Assembly: GCA_019056805.1 (NCBI GenBank)
Contig: DXJG01000004.1
Location: 60,001-92,000 of the forward strand
Source: Candidatus Baldrarchaeota archaeon
GTDB taxonomy: Archaea; Asgardarchaeota; Baldrarchaeia; Baldrarchaeales; DXJG01
Length of the DNA: 32,000 bases
Direction: 5' to 3'
Below are positions 26,872 through 32,000 of the stretch, piece by piece. The translations under genes and the position numbers were made by a program. Under the pieces are notes generated by a model, which saw only the letters and a program-made list of their open reading frames with translations, made no database searches and had not been told where the DNA came from. The first letter of the stretch is position 1. Each line of letters opens with the position of its first letter.

Positions 26872-27900
26872 CTATTTCTTCCTTATAGTTTGTCTAAAGT
26901 CTCCAAGAATTGCTGAGGGTGGAGGTAGATCTATCATTGTAACAAGACCTGGTTTTGCTTTAAGAACTCGTGGAATCATGTTAACAACCATTGCAACCGT
27001 TGCTAAATCCCCTGGAGTTCCCATACTATTCCTCCAATGTAACCTTGGATTACCTTCTATTACAACTTCTTCGTAATCTTCAGCTCCCACAGCAGCTACA
27101 AGCTCCAATTTAATAACCTCCTCCCCATTAATATATCCTAGTCCTAATCCTCGTATTCCAGCAACCTCTCCAGGCTTCACCTTAAAATACTCCGTTTCTA
27201 AGGTTTTTTCAGCAATTACTGGTTCTTGAACCTCTTCAATTTTATCAATTTTCCACCCTAAAGCAGTGGCGACTAACATAATTGATTCAGCATAACCTAC
27301 ATGAGCTGTAATTTCTCCAGCATCAAGCTTCCGCTTAAACTCCTCTGGACTAAGACCCAAGCCAATTTTCTTTTGAAAAGAATATCTACGTTTTGCAGCA
27401 TCAAGAGATCTTACAGCTTTTATATTTTCAACGGTTTCGCAAACCCCGGTAAAAGTAGCAACTAAAGTATCAAATATGAAACCAGGATTCACGCCAGATC
27501 CTAGCACAGTTACACCATACTCTTTAGCCAACTTATCCAATTTTTCACTAAGCTCTGGATATCTGTAGTATGGATAAGCCAAAGTTTCACACGTGGAAAT
27601 AACGCTTGAGCCAGCTTTAACAGCTTGAACTATTTGAGGATATACTTTGTCTAAGTAAGAGCCGGTGGCATGCAATGTTATATCTGGCTTACTTTCAGAA
27701 AAAACTAAGGAAGCATCACTGGACACTACGACACCTAGTTTTTCTTCTAACCCCAAAATGTCTCCAAGATCTCTACCAACTTTTTCAGGAGAAACATCTA
27801 TGGCTCCAACAATCTCAATACCCTTTTTTGCGAGTATAAATTTAGCTATACGAACTCCTATAGCTCCAACACCATAAATAACAGCACGTACATTTTCCAT
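26872..27900 (-). CDS. 2,4-diaminopentanoate dehydrogenase (Ord)-like NAD(P)-dependent amine dehydrogenase
   Basis: IYGVGAIG Rossmann motif, GSGVNPGF, HVGYAESI, GDLATVAMVVNMIPRVLKAKPGL..MIDLP. Confidence 0.8.
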   Translation of the reverse strand: MENVRAVIYGVGAIGVRIAKFILAKKGIEIVGAIDVSPEKVGRDLGDILGLEEKLGVVVSSDASLVFSESKPDITLHATGSYLDKVYPQIVQAVKAGSSVISTCETLAYPYYRYPELSEKLDKLAKEYGVTVLGSGVNPGFIFDTLVATFTGVCETVENIKAVRSLDAAKRRYSFQKKIGLGLSPEEFKRKLDAGEITAHVGYAESIMLVATALGWKIDKIEEVQEPVIAEKTLETEYFKVKPGEVAGIRGLGLGYINGEEVIKLELVAAVGAEDYEEVVIEGNPRLHWRNSMGTPGDLATVAMVVNMIPRVLKAKPGLVTMIDLPPPSAILGDFRQTIRKK

Positions 27901-27926
27901 TGAACAACCTCCAACAATATAAGATG

Positions 27927-27991
27927 GTTGTATAAGACATTAAAGTTGTAGACTTAAATTGATGTCGTTGTCTGCATATATCTTAGTTGTA
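27927..27991. repeat. Four GTTGT(A/C) direct repeats about 20 bp apart in the promoter region of the Ord-like gene
   Basis: GTTGT begins at 27927, 27945, 27967 and 27986 (spacings 18, 22, 19). Confidence 0.4.
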
Positions 27992-28036
27992 TCAGCTTAA
28001 AATATAATAATAAAAAGAACTGTTGGCGTGTGTTGT

Positions 28037-29200
28037 TTATTTTATTGTCTTAGCAACAAGTTCTACTACATCATACACCTTTAGATTTGTTTTTTCCTTG
28101 TTAATAGCTTCCACAAAATTGTATTTGCAGAAGGGGCATGCACTCACCAAAGCATCAACTTTCATCCCTGATACTTTCTTTATCTTCTCTGAACCAATTT
28201 TCACCGCGAGTTCTCCTTCCAACAGTTTTAGTCCTCCACCAGCGCCACAACACAAGGAAAACTGCCTATTAGGTGTCATTTCCACAAGTTCCAAATTTGA
28301 AATTTGTTTTAGAACATCTCTAGGTTCCTCGTAAACCAGTCCATGTCTACCTAAGTGACAAGGGTCGTGATAAGTAACTTTCATGTGTTCAGGCAATGTG
28401 TTTAACTCTATTTTCCCTTCTTTCAGAAGTTTATCGAGAAATTGTGTTGTATGAAGTACCTCGAAACTCGTATCACCTAGAATTTCGGGGTAGTCGTATT
28501 TTAATGCGCGAAAACATCCTGCACAACTAGTTATCACAGTTTTTGCTCCAGTGTTCTCAATGGCTTTAACTACTTTTTCGGCGGTCTCAACAGCTTTTTC
28601 CCGAAAACCTATACGTAAAAGTATTGATCCGCAACACCATTCATCTTTAAGAATTGTGAAATCCACATTTGCTGAACTTAATATTTTCATTGTTGCTTTA
28701 CCAATTTCAGGAGTTCTAAGAGAAGTGGTACAGCCAACAAAATAAACTGTTTCAGCTTCTGTAGGCATCTTTGATAACTCTTCTCCCAACCATTCAAACC
28801 TCTTGTCTGAAGGAGTTAAATAAGGATTACCGTATTTTTCAATACTTTCAACGATTGCTGCATGTTTTTCCGAAACAAGAATCTTGCTGCTAACAAATTC
28901 TCTAACTTTCTCAAAGAGTTGCGATACTTCTAGCTCTGCGGGACAAATTGTGCCACAATTATTACATAATGTGCATCTATACAGATTTTTAGCTACCTCT
29001 GGGCTAAGTTCTAATTTTCCTTGAAGAAGGGCTAACGCTATTTGTATTTTTCCACGTGCAAAATCTGTTTCAAAACCGGTAGAATTTTTCCAAACTGGAC
29101 ATGCGCCATCAATGCCATGCTCTATATCTACGGGGTCTCTGCATAATCCGCATCTACGACACATTAACAATTCGGATATGATTTCCTCAACTTCTTCCAT
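28037..29200 (-). CDS. GlcF/HdrD-like Fe-S protein (ferredoxin-like domain plus two CCG domains)
   Basis: CRRCGLC, CTLCNNCGTICP, YFVGC, WCCG..SCAGC, YHDPC, LCCGAGG..ACPFC. Confidence 0.88.
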   Translation of the reverse strand: MEEVEEIISELLMCRRCGLCRDPVDIEHGIDGACPVWKNSTGFETDFARGKIQIALALLQGKLELSPEVAKNLYRCTLCNNCGTICPAELEVSQLFEKVREFVSSKILVSEKHAAIVESIEKYGNPYLTPSDKRFEWLGEELSKMPTEAETVYFVGCTTSLRTPEIGKATMKILSSANVDFTILKDEWCCGSILLRIGFREKAVETAEKVVKAIENTGAKTVITSCAGCFRALKYDYPEILGDTSFEVLHTTQFLDKLLKEGKIELNTLPEHMKVTYHDPCHLGRHGLVYEEPRDVLKQISNLELVEMTPNRQFSLCCGAGGGLKLLEGELAVKIGSEKIKKVSGMKVDALVSACPFCKYNFVEAINKEKTNLKVYDVVELVAKTIK

Positions 29201-29202
29201 CT

Positions 29203-30627
29203 TTAGTCCTCCAGAAAAACTCCTGGATTCATAATATTATTTGGATCCAAAAATTGCTTAATTCTACGTAGAAAACCATAGTACTCTTTTAGTTTTTTAA
29301 GTTCTCCAACCCAGTAAGGCGCCAGCTTAAAAGGTACACATCCAATTTCTAAAAGTTTACTAGCAAGCTCCGCATGAGCCTCCTTAACCTTCTCAAAAGC
29401 CTCTTCGTCCTCAACTTCAAAATAGAGATGTGGATAAAAGTTATACGATCTACCTGACATAAGACCGGAAGTATGTCCCATTAAACCATGCTTGTCTAAG
29501 ACTTCTCGAATAGCTTTTGCAGCTTTATCCCACCTCATAATCGGAGCATGATGATAAAGTATCCTCCAATAATATGGATGCATGTAGCTCGCTTTTGCAT
29601 ATACCCTCATTCTATCTGTCCATTCTCCTTTAGGAAACTGTGGAACATCAAGATTTCTTCCACCTATACGAGCGACTATCGACTCCATCAATTCATAATC
29701 ATGTTCAACAATGTCTTTACGTCCCCCTATTGTTAATGATACAACATATGGAGGCCATTCTATTTGAGGTATACCGTATTCTTCGCCAAGAAAATCTATG
29801 AAGAAAGCGAGAATATCTCCCTCATAAATACATGCGTGAAGAACAGATATATTATGGAGCAGAAGTTGTCTTAAGAACTCCATTGCCCCCTTAGCTTCTT
29901 CAAAACCATAAGTCACATACTTAAATTCTTCTGGACGCTTATATATCTTCAAAGCAACCTCTGTAATTATCCCAAAAGCTCCAAGAGAACCTATAAAAAG
30001 CCCAGTAAGATCTGGTCCAAAAGCATACCTCAAATAGTGCCCTGGTGAATTAGGATTCGCCATACTTCCAGTAGTAATTATTTCACCCGTAGGTAACACA
30101 ACTTTTAAGCCTAAAACTTGCTCGCCAGTACAGCCGTAGAGAGCCGAACCAGGCCCCGCACCGTTTACCGCAACATTTCCAGCTACAGTTGCTGAAAGAG
30201 AGCTCTCAGGATAAATAGGAAACCACAAACCCTTCTCCATCAATATTTTATCCAATTTTCCAAAAGTTATACCAGCCTCCACCGTAACCGACAAATTTTC
30301 CTCATTAAGATCTAACACCTCATTCATCCTAGTTAAATCTATGATTATACCTCCTCTTCTCGCTAAAGCCTCTGCTTGAAGTCCTGTTCCTCCACCTCGA
30401 GGAATAATTGGAACCTTATATTCATTTGCTAATTTAACGATTTCAGCAACTTCTTCGGTAGTTCTCGGTCTTACAACAAGGTCAGGCATGTAAGAATCAA
30501 ATCCTGTAGAAGCTGTCACACTATAAGTAAGAAGCACATCAATGCTATCTGAAACATATTCTTCGCCAACAATGTCCTTTATTCTCTTAGCTATTTCCTT
30601 AATTTTCATATCTTTAGACAAAAACAA
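29203..30627 (-). CDS. GlcD-like FAD-linked oxidoreductase (VAO/PCMH fold), substrate unknown
   Basis: PRGGGTG, ATVAGNVAVNG, FIGSLGAFGIITE, LDPNNIMNPG; 2 nt from the GlcF-like gene; exact start uncertain (TTG 30627 or 30621). Confidence 0.85.
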   Translation of the reverse strand: MFLSKDMKIKEIAKRIKDIVGEEYVSDSIDVLLTYSVTASTGFDSYMPDLVVRPRTTEEVAEIVKLANEYKVPIIPRGGGTGLQAEALARRGGIIIDLTRMNEVLDLNEENLSVTVEAGITFGKLDKILMEKGLWFPIYPESSLSATVAGNVAVNGAGPGSALYGCTGEQVLGLKVVLPTGEIITTGSMANPNSPGHYLRYAFGPDLTGLFIGSLGAFGIITEVALKIYKRPEEFKYVTYGFEEAKGAMEFLRQLLLHNISVLHACIYEGDILAFFIDFLGEEYGIPQIEWPPYVVSLTIGGRKDIVEHDYELMESIVARIGGRNLDVPQFPKGEWTDRMRVYAKASYMHPYYWRILYHHAPIMRWDKAAKAIREVLDKHGLMGHTSGLMSGRSYNFYPHLYFEVEDEEAFEKVKEAHAELASKLLEIGCVPFKLAPYWVGELKKLKEYYGFLRRIKQFLDPNNIMNPGVFLED

Positions 30628-30654
30628 CCCTCCAACACAGCTAAATATTGTGAA

Positions 30655-30996
30655 TTACTTGAATATTTGTTTTAATTTTAATACATCGCTAAGAGATCCT
30701 TTGACTTTCATTTTTCGTCTAATTAGAGCCCATGCAGCACTTTTTGTGCCTTCAAATAACCCTATTAATGTCTCTCTATCTATTTCAATTCTCATATCAG
30801 GATTTTCAACTTCTCCTTCTTTTACCGTTATGTTGCCATCTTTAACCTCAAATATATATTTTTCACCAGATTTCAAAGTTAATTGAACAATGCGGTTCCA
30901 TCCTTCAATTTTCTTCTTTGTTTCCGGATCCTGCAATCCTTCGTCAATTTTCTTTTGCATATAGCTTAGAAGATCTATTTCTTCACCCTCACCCAT
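30655..30996 (-). CDS. SCP2 sterol/lipid-carrier domain protein (second copy in the window)
   Basis: FEVKDGNITVKEGEVENPDMRI, ALIRRKMKVKGSLSDVLKL; start taken at ATG 30996 after GGTGA. Confidence 0.85.
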   Translation of the reverse strand: MGEGEEIDLLSYMQKKIDEGLQDPETKKKIEGWNRIVQLTLKSGEKYIFEVKDGNITVKEGEVENPDMRIEIDRETLIGLFEGTKSAAWALIRRKMKVKGSLSDVLKLKQIFK

Positions 30997-31176
30997 CCAA
31001 ATCACCACATAACATTATTATCACTTACGATATGTAAATTGAAATATCGATTTCCGCATCCTTAATCTTTTCGGAACTTGAAAACAGAAATCGAAAATTA
31101 AAATTGAAGGTATATGACTTAAAATGTCATTAATTTCCAAAACTATTTTTATAACGTTTTAATTTTATTCTACTAA

Positions 31177-31998
31177 CTAAGACGGTTTCTTAAGTTTCTT
31201 AATGAACGTGTTTAGTGGATGAATATCAGTTTTAACCTTTATTCCTTCGAACTTCAATCCGTAGCTTATTAGAGATTCTATAGCAGCACATGCAGGAAAC
31301 ACGTACGGTGCATATCTGATAGGCCCATATATGATGAAATCTGCCCCAGCCAGTTGAACCATAGTTATTACAGCTGTATGAAAGGTTCTGAAGGAACCAC
31401 GCTTAAAAGGCCAGTTTTCACGGGATGTAAAAGATGCATTACATGGAGCACAACCGCATGGGAGTCCTAACTTACTCTTAATCTCACCTATAGCTTTTAC
31501 TACGAGGGATGTGGTTAAAAGATCTAAAACAGGAGCATCTATTAAAGGCTTTGTAATTCCAGCTTTAACACTTGCTGGAAGCAAAGTATCCTCAAGTACC
31601 TTTAACGTTCCGTTTGGAAAAGGGTTTGAAGTATTTAAAGCAAGTAAAACAGCTGCATCAATACCAAGTTCTCTTATTTTCTCAATTTCTTCATCATTTA
31701 TACGCGGACCTAAAGAATTATAGATAATTCTATCTTTCTCTCCGATTTCAATAGCAAATTTACATCCTTCAATTATGGTGTTAAAATTCGGAGAATCAAC
31801 TAAAATAGGAGCATCAGTTATCTCAAATATAAAAGATAAATAGTTTTTCATTGCTTCTGGTGTTTCAGCAATAACATCAACAGCATGAGGACAACCTGTT
31901 CCAGCGGAATATTTTTCCTGTATTTCAACTAACCTTTTAGCTTTAGTTTTATCGAATAGCCCCTTTTTGTGGTCAAAAACTACTTTGTGACCTTTAAA
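31177..31998 (-). CDS. mtrH: MtrH-like pterin-binding methyltransferase (5' end lies outside the window)
   Basis: Frame stays open past the listed ATG to the window edge (FKGHKVVFDHKKGLFDK...GTGCPHAVDVIAETPEAM); PILVDS, IIYNS, KPLID, GLPCG, GADFIIYGPI. Confidence 0.85.
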   Translation of the reverse strand, partial: FKGHKVVFDHKKGLFDKTKAKRLVEIQEKYSAGTGCPHAVDVIAETPEAMKNYLSFIFEITDAPILVDSPNFNTIIEGCKFAIEIGEKDRIIYNSLGPRINDEEIEKIRELGIDAAVLLALNTSNPFPNGTLKVLEDTLLPASVKAGITKPLIDAPVLDLLTTSLVVKAIGEIKSKLGLPCGCAPCNASFTSRENWPFKRGSFRTFHTAVITMVQLAGADFIIYGPIRYAPYVFPACAAIESLISYGLKFEGIKVKTDIHPLNTFIKKLKKPS

Positions 31999-32000
31999 AA

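Noticed and set aside
1462-31723. The many short antisense or out-of-frame ORFs in the track (for example 1462-1674, 2762-3076, 6964-7224, 13107-13616, 17662-18060, 20637-21056, 21654-22073, 30542-30886)
   Set aside because: They lie within well-supported genes on another frame or strand and show no motifs or ribosome-binding sites; treated as shadow ORFs
28037-31998. Reading MtrH, HdrB and HdrD-like genes as evidence of methanogenesis
   Set aside because: No mcr or other mtr subunits in the window, and these families are common in non-methanogenic anaerobic archaea
1-32000. CRISPR arrays, IS elements, integrases, rRNA or tRNA genes
   Set aside because: No regularly spaced repeats, transposase or integrase motifs, terminal inverted repeats or GC-rich structural RNA blocks were seen

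Overview
Low-GC, gene-dense archaeal window (TATA/BRE promoters, GGTGA/GGAGG ribosome-binding sites; gene content suggests an anaerobic TACK- or Asgard-type archaeon, lineage not determinable from sequence alone). Contents in order: (1) a 19-codon Lys/Arg-rich micro-ORF, then a three-gene operon encoding an N-formylglutamate-amidohydrolase/gamma-glutamyl-hydrolase-like enzyme, a GCS2 (gamma-glutamyl ligase) protein and a circularly permuted RimK-like ATP-grasp ligase; (2) an eight-gene minus-strand operon for a group 4 (Hyc/FHL-like) [NiFe]-hydrogenase containing HdrB and an Fe-S-less HdrC C-terminal fragment but no antiporter-like subunit; (3) nitroreductase, D-cysteine desulfhydrase, CBS-less IMPDH and a stand-alone glutamate-synthase-family FMN protein; (4) an acyl-transfer/deacylation neighbourhood (M20 amidohydrolase, SCP2, GNAT-YoaP, class III sirtuin, HDAC-family protein lacking the catalytic Tyr); (5) a probable corrinoid-uptake operon (ECF S component, DUF4430 protein, surface protein) with a perfect palindrome over its predicted start site; (6) a hypothetical gene with a structured, switch-like 5' leader; (7) an Ord-like amine dehydrogenase, an SCP2-GlcD-like-GlcF/HdrD-like unit, and a partial MtrH. 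No rRNA, tRNA, CRISPR array or mobile element was recognised. All family calls are by motif recognition, not database search.
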